From NCBI GenBank assembly GCA_028866835.1, contig JAGWHJ010000004.1, positions 1 through 60,822 of the forward strand: a DNA stretch of 60,822 nt. Direction: 5' to 3'. Positions 29,271-38,947 of this stretch are shown one piece after another; within the stretch, counting starts at the first letter, position 1; each line of letters opens with the position of its first letter. The translations under genes and the position numbers were made by a program. The stretch comes from Candidatus Micrarchaeota archaeon (GTDB lineage Archaea > Micrarchaeota > Micrarchaeia > Micrarchaeales > CABMGC01). Below the pieces are notes generated by a model. The model made no database searches, was not told the DNA's origin, and worked only from the letters and a program-made list of their open reading frames with translations.

Positions 29271-30473
29271 ATGAAAAAGCCGAATGTAGTAATAATCCTG
29301 ATGGACACGATGAGGAGGGACGAGTTTGCGAGGCTCGAGTGGAGGCACGGCAGCCTGCACGACCTCGGCTTCCTCTTCCTTGACAACTGCATCGCGCCTT
29401 CGTCATGGACGCTGCCATCGCATGCATCGCTGTTCACTGGACTTTACCCGAGCAAGCACGGCGCCCACGAGACCAAGACGGTGAAGTCGCTCGACATAGA
29501 CAACATACGCCTGAAACTGCCCACTTTCGTGAAGGACCTTTCAAGGATGGGTTACAAATCCCATGGCATCTCCGCAAACCCGTACGTCCACCCGATATAC
29601 GGCTTCAGCGACTTCGATGTATTCGAGGAGGAATCCTATTTCACGGACATCTTCGGCAGCGTTATTGAGGTAGCGGATCACCTGAAGCCCAGGATAGCCA
29701 AATACAGGAACGTGGAAGGCAGCAACCTGATAAAACTCTCAAGGAACATGCTTATGAACGATCCGAACCTCTTCTTCGAGGCCGTTGGCAGCGCGGCGAG
29801 GCGCTCACCCGGAGCGGCTTTCAAGAAGCTGAGGGCAAAGATGATAGAGGGCTGGCCGATAGAGAAGGGCGGCATGAATACTGTAAGGAGGGTCAAGGAG
29901 ATTGATTTCGAGGACCAGTACCTCCTTTTCATAAACCTTATGGAAGCGCACGATCCATACATAGGGAAGAAGGGCATGGACTTCAACTGGTCCACACCGT
30001 TCAAGAAGGAAGCACCTGGCGAAAGCCTTGTTGCCCACTGGAAGAGGCTCTATTCAACAGCGTCTGAAAGGGCCTACAAGTATACCGTTGAGATAGTAAG
30101 GTCGATGATGTACGACAATGGCGGCGAACAGCTCTTTGTTGTCACCAGCGACCACGGGCAGGCCTTCAATGAGCACGGCTTCATAGGCCACGGCACGGTG
30201 CTCTACGATGAAGTGCTCAGGATACCTATGGCGATAAAGATGCCGTATTCGGGCTATGCGATGCCGAGCGGAAAGGGCTACTGCTCGCTCATAAATGTCA
30301 AGAAATTCGTCCTCGATGCAATAAAACACAGCAGGAGCGCCCTGAAGAACTTCGAGAACAGGTCTGTTGCTGCGGAAAGCTTCGGCATACCGGCAAATAT
30401 AACCATCACGGACGATGTAGATGAGAATAAGATAAAGGCCCTTGAAAGGTACGAGATAAGGAAGTTCACGTGA
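29271..30473 (+). CDS. Sulfatase-like hydrolase/transferase (AlkP superfamily)
   Basis: PNVVIILMDTMR, WTLPSHASLFTG, EAHDPY, TSDHG and GHG. Confidence 0.85.
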   Translation: MKKPNVVIILMDTMRRDEFARLEWRHGSLHDLGFLFLDNCIAPSSWTLPSHASLFTGLYPSKHGAHETKTVKSLDIDNIRLKLPTFVKDLSRMGYKSHGISANPYVHPIYGFSDFDVFEEESYFTDIFGSVIEVADHLKPRIAKYRNVEGSNLIKLSRNMLMNDPNLFFEAVGSAARRSPGAAFKKLRAKMIEGWPIEKGGMNTVRRVKEIDFEDQYLLFINLMEAHDPYIGKKGMDFNWSTPFKKEAPGESLVAHWKRLYSTASERAYKYTVEIVRSMMYDNGGEQLFVVTSDHGQAFNEHGFIGHGTVLYDEVLRIPMAIKMPYSGYAMPSGKGYCSLINVKKFVLDAIKHSRSALKNFENRSVAAESFGIPANITITDDVDENKIKALERYEIRKFT

Positions 30474-30482
30474 GATGAACTG

Positions 30483-31529
30483 ATGGATGTAACTCTTGTC
30501 GGCAGGGACTTTGATTTCAGCGGAAACGACGGCATAAGCAGGTACTCCAATCAAATATACACGAAGATATCAGAGGTCAGCAAGGAGAGGAAGCTGAGGC
30601 TCAAGGCAGTAAGCGTCATCAGATTTTCAAGGATCAGAAGGGCGATAGGGGAACTTGATGTGGGCAACTGTGACCTGGTCCATCTTGTATACCCAAACCC
30701 CATAGGAGTAATGAGAACATTGGCGAAGATGGTGATAACATGGCACGACAACAGGGTCTTCACGAGGGCCCATGGAGTTACCGTGCTATCGGGGAAGTAC
30801 TACAGGGAACGGTCGGTCAGGCGCCTTGCCATTGAGAACTACATGAAAAGCGATGGAATAATAAGCGTGAGCAGCAAGACCGAACGGGAGCTCAAGGAGT
30901 ATCTCAAGAGATACGACCTGTACGACCAGGGGAAAAGGCATTTTGTCGTGAATGAAGGAATAGAGGACATCTTCCTTGCGCAGAAGGTCTGGAACGGGCC
31001 GCGGAAGGATTTCGCGTACGTTGGTTCGATACATCAGGAGCACAAGAACCTGCCTGCCTTGCTAAGGGTGTTCAGCTCGATAGTCCATGAGGTCGACGAC
31101 CAGAAGCTGCACATCTTTACCATGAGTCCCGATGCGGACAAGGTGCTCAGGAGAGAGCTTGGCAGATTCGAGAACCTCTCGATGGAGAATGTCGTACTTC
31201 ACTACAAAAAACCAGATTCAGAGCTGATAAAGTACATACCCAAGATTGCAGCATATATCCATCTCTCGAAGGACGAGGGGTTCGGCCTCCCGATAATGGA
31301 GGCCATCTCGATGGGCACGCCGGCGCTAATACTGAGGGACAGCGACATACCCGAGGAGGTGAAGAAACCTGCATTCAAGTCAGACATCGGCGGGATAGAA
31401 CGGGAGGCGCTGCGGCTTCTTGACAGGCAAAAACCTGCGCCTGCCGCTGCAATAAAGTACGTGCGCGGATTCACCTGGGAGAGGACAGCGGAGCGCACCA
31501 TAGAAGTCTACGAGCACATGCTCAAATGA
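30483..31529 (+). CDS. Glycosyltransferase family 4
   Basis: GISRY, TWHD, HKNL, EGFGLPIMEA and FTWERTA. Confidence 0.9.
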   Translation: MDVTLVGRDFDFSGNDGISRYSNQIYTKISEVSKERKLRLKAVSVIRFSRIRRAIGELDVGNCDLVHLVYPNPIGVMRTLAKMVITWHDNRVFTRAHGVTVLSGKYYRERSVRRLAIENYMKSDGIISVSSKTERELKEYLKRYDLYDQGKRHFVVNEGIEDIFLAQKVWNGPRKDFAYVGSIHQEHKNLPALLRVFSSIVHEVDDQKLHIFTMSPDADKVLRRELGRFENLSMENVVLHYKKPDSELIKYIPKIAAYIHLSKDEGFGLPIMEAISMGTPALILRDSDIPEEVKKPAFKSDIGGIEREALRLLDRQKPAPAAAIKYVRGFTWERTAERTIEVYEHMLK

Positions 31530-32750
31530 CTACTTGATTATGCCGATGCCTGCGAATTTGCTCCCCTCATAGAGGACGAACCTGCCGAGTTCCCTTGAAT
31601 CGGTGAACGGTTCCGCCTGGATCTTCTTTCCGAGCTTTATGTTTACGTCGGCGGCATTCAGCGCGTAGTTCCCGCTTTTCGGTGCCTCCCTCGAGCCCGT
31701 GGTCGTATCTATTAGGCTATTTATGGCAATCTTTCCCTGCAGATTGCTGCCGTTGAATCTCACTGTAATCTTCTCGCCTATCTCCTTTGTGAGGAAAACG
31801 GTGGCTTTGATCTCGTCCGAAGGCCTTTGCCTGCTCCCCTCCGAGTAGATAACGCTGCCCCTTGGCTCCCTGGAGATTGGCTTGTCAAGCAGCATCGCCA
31901 CATTCTCTCCTGTGCTGGCGCTCTTTGTCCTTGAGCCTTTCACGAACAGGTCTTTTACAGTGGCATTCGCGCCTTCTGGAAGGATCATTATCCTCTGCCC
32001 GGATCTTATGCTGCCGCTCAGGACATTGCCTATGAGCATGCTGCCTGTCTCATGCGGTATGGTACCCTGAAGAAGTATCCTGAGATGTGGATCCTCCACC
32101 TCCTCGTTAGACTTCACTACAGTCCGCATCACATCGAGGAGGGGCTTGCCCTTGTACCATTTCATGTTTGGGGATTTTGCCGACAGGTTCTCGGCGTTGT
32201 ATGCCGATATAGGGACGAAGTACACGTTGTCATTCCTTATGCCGACACCCCCAAGGAACTCCCCTAGCTCTCCCTTTATCCTCTCGAACTCCTTTTCATC
32301 GTACCCAATCGTATCCATCTTGTTTACAGCGACTATGATCCTGTCTATGCCAAGCATCTTGGCAAGGAAGATGTGCCTCTTTGTCTGTGGCCTTATGCCC
32401 TCATCGGCTTTTGCCGAGACTATTAGAAGCGCGAAGCTTGCGTATGATGCGCCGCTTATCATGTTCTTTATCAGCTCCTCGTGGCCAGGGACGTCTATGA
32501 ACTCGAAGGCGACGTCCCTGTACTTGACCTGCGCGCGAGTGGTGTCTATGGTCATCTCACCCTGCCGCTCCTCCTCGAAGCTGTCGAGGATGTAACCGGG
32601 CTCGAACCTCCTGCCGAGCTTCCTGCTCGTCTTCTTGGCCTCGTTTATGCGCTGCTCAGAAGCCGCGCCTGAAGTGATCAGCATGTTGCCTATAAGAGTC
32701 GACTTGCCGTGGTCCTTGTGCCCCAGAAGGGTTACCTTGTTTATCTTCAA
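31530..32750 (-). CDS. cysN: Sulfate adenylyltransferase GTPase subunit
   Basis: GHKDHGKSTLIG, TIDT, DVPGH, NKMD and PISA; directly downstream of cysD. Confidence 0.85.
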   Translation of the reverse strand: MKINKVTLLGHKDHGKSTLIGNMLITSGAASEQRINEAKKTSRKLGRRFEPGYILDSFEEERQGEMTIDTTRAQVKYRDVAFEFIDVPGHEELIKNMISGASYASFALLIVSAKADEGIRPQTKRHIFLAKMLGIDRIIVAVNKMDTIGYDEKEFERIKGELGEFLGGVGIRNDNVYFVPISAYNAENLSAKSPNMKWYKGKPLLDVMRTVVKSNEEVEDPHLRILLQGTIPHETGSMLIGNVLSGSIRSGQRIMILPEGANATVKDLFVKGSRTKSASTGENVAMLLDKPISREPRGSVIYSEGSRQRPSDEIKATVFLTKEIGEKITVRFNGSNLQGKIAINSLIDTTTGSREAPKSGNYALNAADVNIKLGKKIQAEPFTDSRELGRFVLYEGSKFAGIGIIK

Positions 32751-32759
32751 GAAAACACC

Positions 32760-33548
32760 TTACATGTAGCCAAGGGAGCGCAGCTTCTGCATAACGTACT
32801 CCTTCTCCTTGTCCTGGTCGCGTCCTGCCCTCTCTTCTGTTGTTGTGGTGCCGAGCTCCTTTATTATATCATCAACGTTCCTTGCGTTGGACTTTATCGC
32901 AGTCGTGCAGTGTGTGCAACCGAGGCTCCTGTACCTCATGCCGTTCCTTGAGAAGTAAAGTGGATTTATCGGCACCTTCTCCTTCTTTATGTAATTCCAT
33001 ATGTCTATCTCGTTGAAATCCAGGAGAGGATGCACGCGCACGTGCCCCTTGGAATCAAGGCTCGATGAGTAGTCGTTCCAGAGCTCTGCAGGCTGGTCCT
33101 TGTAAGACCACTTGAAGTTCCTGTCCCTTGGTGACACATACCTCTCCTTCGCCCTTATACCGTGCTCGTCCCTCCTTATCGAGACTATAAGCGCGTCGAA
33201 GCCTCGCTCCTCCATGAGCTTCTTAAGTGCAACGGTCTTGTTCGCGCCGCAGCACGCGAAGCCAGACATCTCCGGCTTGATCTCGCTCTCAACGACTATG
33301 AGATCGAGATTCCATTTCTTTGCAAGCTCAGCCCTGAATTTGTACGTCTCCGGGAAGTCGATGCCGTTGTCGATGTGTATCACCGGGAACGGGACCTTTC
33401 CTAGAAAGGCCTTCCTTGCAAGCGCGATCATCGTGGTGCTGTCCTTGCCCATGCTCCAGAGCGCTGCGACGTTCTTGAACTTCGACTTGGCTTCCCTTAT
33501 TATGAATATGCTCCTCTCTTCCAGTTCGTTTATGTCTTGTTGTATCAT
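32760..33548 (-). CDS. cysD: Sulfate adenylyltransferase subunit 2
   Basis: SMGKDS, RRDE..RAKER, RVHPL, YRSLGC and ERAGR. Confidence 0.93.
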   Translation of the reverse strand: MIQQDINELEERSIFIIREAKSKFKNVAALWSMGKDSTTMIALARKAFLGKVPFPVIHIDNGIDFPETYKFRAELAKKWNLDLIVVESEIKPEMSGFACCGANKTVALKKLMEERGFDALIVSIRRDEHGIRAKERYVSPRDRNFKWSYKDQPAELWNDYSSSLDSKGHVRVHPLLDFNEIDIWNYIKKEKVPINPLYFSRNGMRYRSLGCTHCTTAIKSNARNVDDIIKELGTTTTEERAGRDQDKEKEYVMQKLRSLGYM

Positions 33549-33552
33549 GCAA

Positions 33553-33846
33553 TCACTTGTTTATGTTCAATAACCCCGACAGATATATCGTTGCGCCCTT
33601 TATCTTTGCGCCGTCCTTCCTGAAGATCGGCACCTTGCACACCGCCTTCTCCTTCGAATCATAAAGTTCAGCGTACGAATACCTTAGGTCCTCCTTGTTT
33701 GCAAGCTTCCCCTTTTCATAGAAGATCTTGTAGTACTTTATTCCGCCCTTTGCCAGGGAACCGGAGAATGCCTCCCAGCCCTTCGTTGTCGGATTTTTCC
33801 ACAGCGCTTCTGCCAGCGTCTTAGCGTTTTCCGCCATTTTGATCAA
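33553..33846 (-). CDS. Hypothetical protein in cysDN operon
   Basis: Tightly coupled to both neighbours. Confidence 0.65.
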   Translation of the reverse strand: MIKMAENAKTLAEALWKNPTTKGWEAFSGSLAKGGIKYYKIFYEKGKLANKEDLRYSYAELYDSKEKAVCKVPIFRKDGAKIKGATIYLSGLLNINK

Positions 33847-34070
33847 CTCATGTAACCCAATGCCTTGAGCTTCTCGACAACCCCGTGGGCCTCCTTCTTG
33901 CCGGACCTCTCATTCAGCTCCGCGACCGTCTCCCTCAGGACATAGGTCGCATAGTCCGACACCGAAGAGAAGCCGGTAGTCTTTATCTTCTCCCGGATGT
34001 TCTCGAAAAGCTTTGTTGGTATGGTTATTGTTGTGTACTTCCTCTTTTCTGATGTGTTTGGCCTTCTCAT
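33843..34070 (-). CDS. Ribbon-helix-helix (CopG-like) regulator
   Basis: YTTITIP..L...I...GFSSVSDYATYVLRE; GGTGAGGAG RBS. Confidence 0.85.
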   Translation of the reverse strand: MRRPNTSEKRKYTTITIPTKLFENIREKIKTTGFSSVSDYATYVLRETVAELNERSGKKEAHGVVEKLKALGYMS

Positions 34071-34255
34071 CTCCTCACCAGATTGTTTAATTATATATAA
34101 TGTTATAACATTATATGATAATATATAAAAGCCTTTCGGTGCTTGGCCTTACTTGCAGAGTATAAAAACCTGTACACTGATTGCATTCCTGTAATAGGCT
34201 GGAATCTGGCAATATCCTTTTTATTATCACTGGAATAGATAATATGGGGGTTAAA

Positions 34256-34936
34256 ATGAACAAAAAATTCGTAGAGGAGATAGATGCGATACTAAAGGAA
34301 AAGTCGCTGTTAAGGCACCCGTTCTACAAGATGTGGTCCGAAGGCAGGCTGAGCCTTGATACTTTGAGGGGCTATGCGGTTGAGTATTACAGCCTTGAGG
34401 CAGCATTTCCGAAATTCCTGTTGCAGCTCAGGGAGCACGGACCGGACAGCAGTGACGACAAAGTGCTGATGGAAAATTATGCAGAAGAGACCGCAAAGGG
34501 GAAAACGCATGTAGGCCTATGGCTGGATTTTGCAGAAGGTCTCGGATTAAGCAGGGCAGACGTAGAGAATAGCAGAACATTGGACTCCACGCGAGAGACA
34601 CTTGCTCAGATAAGATCCCTGGTCAAGATGGGCTATCTGTCTGGGATAGCCGCCTTGCTTGCATATGAGGCAAACCTCCAGGAGACCTCGGTGACCAAGA
34701 TCGAGGGCCTGAAGAAGCACTATGGGCTGACGGACAAAAAGTCTACAGAGTTCTTCGCTCTGCATGGAATCGTGGATGTGAAGCATTCAAATGACTGGAG
34801 GATAATACTGTCCAAGAATGCAAAGACCGAGGAGCAGAGGGAGGAGGTAAAGCGTGCCGTGGGAAAATCAATGGATGCGTTATGGAGCTTCCTTGACGGG
34901 ATCAATGAGAGGTATAACGAAGGAAGGGCCTGCTAG
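34256..34936 (+). CDS. CADD/PqqC/TenA-like heme-oxygenase-fold di-iron protein
   Basis: LLRHPFYKMWSEG, ENYAEE....H, YE and FFALHGIVDVKH. Confidence 0.85.
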   Translation: MNKKFVEEIDAILKEKSLLRHPFYKMWSEGRLSLDTLRGYAVEYYSLEAAFPKFLLQLREHGPDSSDDKVLMENYAEETAKGKTHVGLWLDFAEGLGLSRADVENSRTLDSTRETLAQIRSLVKMGYLSGIAALLAYEANLQETSVTKIEGLKKHYGLTDKKSTEFFALHGIVDVKHSNDWRIILSKNAKTEEQREEVKRAVGKSMDALWSFLDGINERYNEGRAC

Positions 34937-34957
34937 AAGGCTTTTGCGCTGCCCGCG

Positions 34958-35108
34958 TCACGGAGGCGTATACCCTCCAGTCCATGATTCGGTGTACGAG
35001 AGGTTGAAGCCTGCGCCGTTGTTCCTGTCACCGCTGTAGTCACTGGAATCGCCGTTGAGAGGCGTACTCTAAGGCTGCCTGCTGTTTGAGTCGTGGTTTA
35101 TCGTGCAT
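34958..35108 (-). pseudogene. Internally deleted third copy of the LamG pilin-like gene
   Basis: MHDKPRLKQQAALEY joined out of frame at 35063/35064 to PLNGDSSDYSGDRNNG...GGYTPP*. Confidence 0.85.
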
Positions 35109-35166
35109 GCAGGATCCCCATCGGTTAAGGCCGTTTTGATAGATATAAATCTCCTGCCCTGGCCGC

Positions 35167-36105
35167 CTATGGTACGTAATAGCCAGCATACCAGGCATCT
35201 GTATAGTATACATTGACACTGGCCCCGTTCCTCTTGTTGCCGCTGTAGTCATTAACATCGCCGTTCAGGGGCCACCAGCCGACGAGGTTGTTCAGGGCCT
35301 CGGGATGGCCGCCTATGCCCTCGTAGTAAAGGGCGGTTATCTCGTTCTGGGTTAATGAAGTGTTATAAAGCTGCACGTTTGCCATCTGTCCGCTGAAATT
35401 GTCCGGATCGGTTTGCAGAACCACATCCACTTGGTTGTATCCGAGATACATCACAGAATTTGCCGTGATGATCCTTGGAAGTAAGGTGTCGGTAAATTCC
35501 TGGAAGGCAGTGCCGTTTGATATGGTAACGCTTGTGCTGTTGTATGTCGCAGCAACGAAGTTCCATTTGTTGAGCGTCACATTTACCAACGAGCTATAAT
35601 ACTCCACGGATCCGAATACCGGCCATGTTGTCACTTCCAACCCGTGCCCTAACGCTCCGTCTAGACTAAGCCCAAAGCTATTGGATGAGTAAATAGATGG
35701 ATATGGATCACCCATGTAAAACAATCCAGGTTCGTGGACGCCGAATGAGGTGGGTTTTATCCACATCACAACAGTGACGGAATTGCTTCCGTAAAGGGAC
35801 TGCGGCACGCCGTTACCAGTGATATTCACGTAACTGCCAGTATTGGGGCTTGAAAAGTTCATGGCAAACTCAGGAATGGCAGAGGTGCACTCGCCCTGAA
35901 GCGAGATGTCGAAAGTGGTGTTGGGGCCTTGGGGCCTGAAGACATGGCATGTGCCTGGCTGCGCTTTTGGGGCATAGCTGAACTGGTTTCCTATGCCGAG
36001 ATAAAGGAAGACGATAAGTACCAATGCAATTATGAGTATCATCCAGCCGTAGGTGGTAAGGTACTCCAGGGCTGCCTGCTGTTTGAGTCGTGGTTTATCG
36101 TGCAT
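35167..36105 (-). CDS. Class III signal-peptide LamG-domain protein
   Basis: QQAALEYLTTYGWMILII, TVVMWIKP, KWNFVAATY, FSGQMANVQLY and GWWPLNG. Confidence 0.85.
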   Translation of the reverse strand: MHDKPRLKQQAALEYLTTYGWMILIIALVLIVFLYLGIGNQFSYAPKAQPGTCHVFRPQGPNTTFDISLQGECTSAIPEFAMNFSSPNTGSYVNITGNGVPQSLYGSNSVTVVMWIKPTSFGVHEPGLFYMGDPYPSIYSSNSFGLSLDGALGHGLEVTTWPVFGSVEYYSSLVNVTLNKWNFVAATYNSTSVTISNGTAFQEFTDTLLPRIITANSVMYLGYNQVDVVLQTDPDNFSGQMANVQLYNTSLTQNEITALYYEGIGGHPEALNNLVGWWPLNGDVNDYSGNKRNGASVNVYYTDAWYAGYYVP

Positions 36106-36163
36106 GCAGGATCTCCATCGGATCATATAATGTTTTGTGGACATATCTTCTTATTCCATCCGC

Positions 36164-37111
36164 TTACGGAACGTAATAGCCGTCATACCATTTACCCGTA
36201 TAATATATGTTGGTAGATACGCCGTTCCTCTTGTTGCCGCTGTAGTCATTGGCATTGCCGTTCAGGGGCCACCAGCCGATGAGGTTGTTCAGGGCCTCGG
36301 GATGGCCGCCTATGCCCTCGTAGTAAAGGGCGGTTATCTCGTTCGAGGTCAAAGACCTGTTATAAAGCTGCACGTTAGCCATCAGACCAGTGAAATAGTC
36401 AGGCGACCCGTCTGCGAATGTATCGAACTGGTTGTAACCCAGTAACATTATAGAATTTTCACTAATGATCGGGGGCGACAGGCTAAAACCGAATCTTTGG
36501 GACGCTGTGCCATTATATATGGTAACGTTGTTTGTGCTGTTGTATGTCACAGCAACGAAGTTCCACTGATTGAGCGAGATGTTAACATTTGTGGGGTCAT
36601 ATTCATTGCCTACGCCTGTGCTCTCGTTTGTTGTCACTTCAAGGCCGTGGTGGCCGCCGTATCCCGCGCCCCTTAGGGTAAGGGCGAAGGAGCTGATAGA
36701 CGAGGAATTGGAATACGGATCCCCAAGGTAGAATAATCCTGGTTCATACTCGCTTAGGGTGGATGGCTTTATCCACATGACAATTGTGAGCGAATTGCCG
36801 CCGCTAAGGCTGCTGTAGAGCGACTGCGGAACGCCGTTGCCGGTGAGGTTTACGTAACCGCTGGCATTGATGCCAGTGAAGTTCATTGTGAACTCGGGCA
36901 ACCCGGAAGTGCACTCGCCCTGAAGCGAGATGTCGAAAGTGGTGTTGGGGCCTTGGGGCCTGAATACGTCGCATGCGCCTGGCTGCACTTTTGGGGCATA
37001 GCTGAACTGGTTTCCTATCCCGAGATAAATGAAGAAGATAAGTACCAATGCAATTATGAGTATCATCCAGCCGTAGGTGGTAAGGTACTCCAGGGCTGCC
37101 TGCTGTTTCAT
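36164..37111 (-). CDS. Class III signal-peptide LamG-domain protein (tandem paralogue)
   Basis: Same motifs as the neighbour; start 37111 or 37129. Confidence 0.85.
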   Translation of the reverse strand: MKQQAALEYLTTYGWMILIIALVLIFFIYLGIGNQFSYAPKVQPGACDVFRPQGPNTTFDISLQGECTSGLPEFTMNFTGINASGYVNLTGNGVPQSLYSSLSGGNSLTIVMWIKPSTLSEYEPGLFYLGDPYSNSSSISSFALTLRGAGYGGHHGLEVTTNESTGVGNEYDPTNVNISLNQWNFVAVTYNSTNNVTIYNGTASQRFGFSLSPPIISENSIMLLGYNQFDTFADGSPDYFTGLMANVQLYNRSLTSNEITALYYEGIGGHPEALNNLIGWWPLNGNANDYSGNKRNGVSTNIYYTGKWYDGYYVP

Positions 37112-37249
37112 CGCATCTTTCCAATCCATACCGAATCGCGCTAAATTAGGGGCGCTTAAAAAGTATATAAAGTTTGGCACGGCTCATCTGCCGTCAGGTA
37201 TTTAAGCTTGTTCGAGATAAGTGAGTATATCATTTGTAGAGGTATTAGT

Positions 37250-38947
37250 TTGAAGATACTCCAGATGGACGTCAACAACATCACGTACGAGCCCACCGCG
37301 CCGGAAGCCAGCGTGTACGAGGACGCGAAGAGGGAGAAGACCTCGATAGACAATACGATGGTGATCTTCGTAAGCGTAGAGAACGGGGACACCGAGGCCA
37401 TGGCAGAGAAGGCGGTCAGGGACACCGAGGAGTTCATGCGCAAGCTAGAGAGGAAGAAGATACTAGTATATCCATTCGCGCACCTCAGCAACAACCTTTC
37501 AGAGCCGAAGGAGGCCATGCGCATACTGCAGTTGATGGGCAGGAGCTTCGGGGAGGGCTATGAAGTCAAGAAGGCGCCGTTCGGCTGGACAAAGAAGATG
37601 AGCATAGACATAAAGGGGCATCCGCTCGCGGAGCAGTCGAGGAGCTACAGCCCTGCCGGGGAGACGAAGATCTACAAGAAGGTGAAGCCGATGAAGCTTG
37701 ACGAATCCATCGTCAGGAAGAGCGACTGGTCCGGCCTTCCGGACACGGACCACAGGACCATCGGCGAGAAGCTCGACCTCTACAGCTTCCAGGAGGTCTC
37801 GCCGGGGATGGTTTACTGGCACCCCAACGGATTCATGCTGTACAGGCAGCTGCAGGAATTCCTCAGGGCGAAGCTCGATGCTTACGGATACCGTGAGATA
37901 AGCGCCCCTGCCGTCGCCAACCTCGTACTCTGGAAGGTGAGCGGGCATCTGGAGCACTACGTGGAGAACATGTTCAAGTTCGATACCGGCGAGGCGGACC
38001 TCGGGCTCAAGCCGATGAATTGCCCTTCGACGATAATGATCTACAAGTCAAGCAAGTGGAGCTACAGAGACCTGCCGCTGAGGCTTGCCACGTTCGACAA
38101 GATATACAGGAACGAGGTCAGCGGCGCGCTCACCGGCCTGTTCAGGGTGCGCGAGATAACCCTAGACGACGCGCACATCTTCGCCACCGAATCGCAGCTT
38201 CCCGAGGAGCTCGAATCGCTGATAAAGCTGGTGAAGGAGGTCTACGACACGTTCGGACTGCCATTCAAGGCAAGGCTCTCGACCATGCCCGACAGCCACA
38301 TGGGGGACGAGAGGCTGTGGGAGCAGGCGGAGGGCATACTTAAGATGGCGCTCGAATCGCACAATATACCTTATGAGCTGAAGCCCAAGGACGGGGCGTT
38401 CTACGGGCCGAAGATAGATTTCGATGTCACGGATTCGATGGGAAGGGACTGGCAGTGCGCGACGATACAGCTGGATTACCAGATGCCGCAGAGGTTCGTG
38501 CTCGAGTATACGGGCGAGGACGGGAAGGCGCACGCGCCGATAATCATACACAGGGCGCTGTTCGGAAGCCTTGAGAGGTTTATAGGCATCATGACCGAGC
38601 ACTACAAGGGCAAGTTCCCTACCTGGCTTGCGCCCACGCAGGTTGCCGTGGTCTCGATATCGGAGCAGGTTGCAGATTATGCCGCGCACATCCACAAGGA
38701 GCTCAAGGGGCATGGGATAAGGTCCGCGCTGGACGTGTCCGACAAGACCCTCGAGTACAAGATACGCGACGCGAAGATGAGGGAGGTACCCTACACGATA
38801 ATACTCGGCAGGAAGGAGAAGGAAGCAAAGACGATATCGGTCAGGACCAGAGACAACGTGCAGAAGAACCAGCTTAAGCTAGCCGATTTTATCGGCACAT
38901 TAGGCAAGGAGGTATCGGAGCGGAAGAACAAGCTCCAGCTCTCTTAG
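37250..38947 (+). CDS. thrS: Threonyl-tRNA synthetase
   Basis: Archaeal editing domain (YPFAHLS, APFGW, GHPLAE), KPMNCP, YRNE and FYGPKID; TTG start. Confidence 0.97.
   Translation: MKILQMDVNNITYEPTAPEASVYEDAKREKTSIDNTMVIFVSVENGDTEAMAEKAVRDTEEFMRKLERKKILVYPFAHLSNNLSEPKEAMRILQLMGRSFGEGYEVKKAPFGWTKKMSIDIKGHPLAEQSRSYSPAGETKIYKKVKPMKLDESIVRKSDWSGLPDTDHRTIGEKLDLYSFQEVSPGMVYWHPNGFMLYRQLQEFLRAKLDAYGYREISAPAVANLVLWKVSGHLEHYVENMFKFDTGEADLGLKPMNCPSTIMIYKSSKWSYRDLPLRLATFDKIYRNEVSGALTGLFRVREITLDDAHIFATESQLPEELESLIKLVKEVYDTFGLPFKARLSTMPDSHMGDERLWEQAEGILKMALESHNIPYELKPKDGAFYGPKIDFDVTDSMGRDWQCATIQLDYQMPQRFVLEYTGEDGKAHAPIIIHRALFGSLERFIGIMTEHYKGKFPTWLAPTQVAVVSISEQVADYAAHIHKELKGHGIRSALDVSDKTLEYKIRDAKMREVPYTIILGRKEKEAKTISVRTRDNVQKNQLKLADFIGTLGKEVSERKNKLQLS

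Noticed and set aside
31530-32750. EF-1alpha call for the translational-GTPase-like ORF
   Set aside because: It is adjacent to cysD and has degenerate C-terminal domains; CysN fits better.
34958-37111. Diversity-generating retroelement (TR/VR) explanation for the LamG repeats
   Set aside because: No reverse transcriptase is in the window and mismatches between copies are not confined to adenines.
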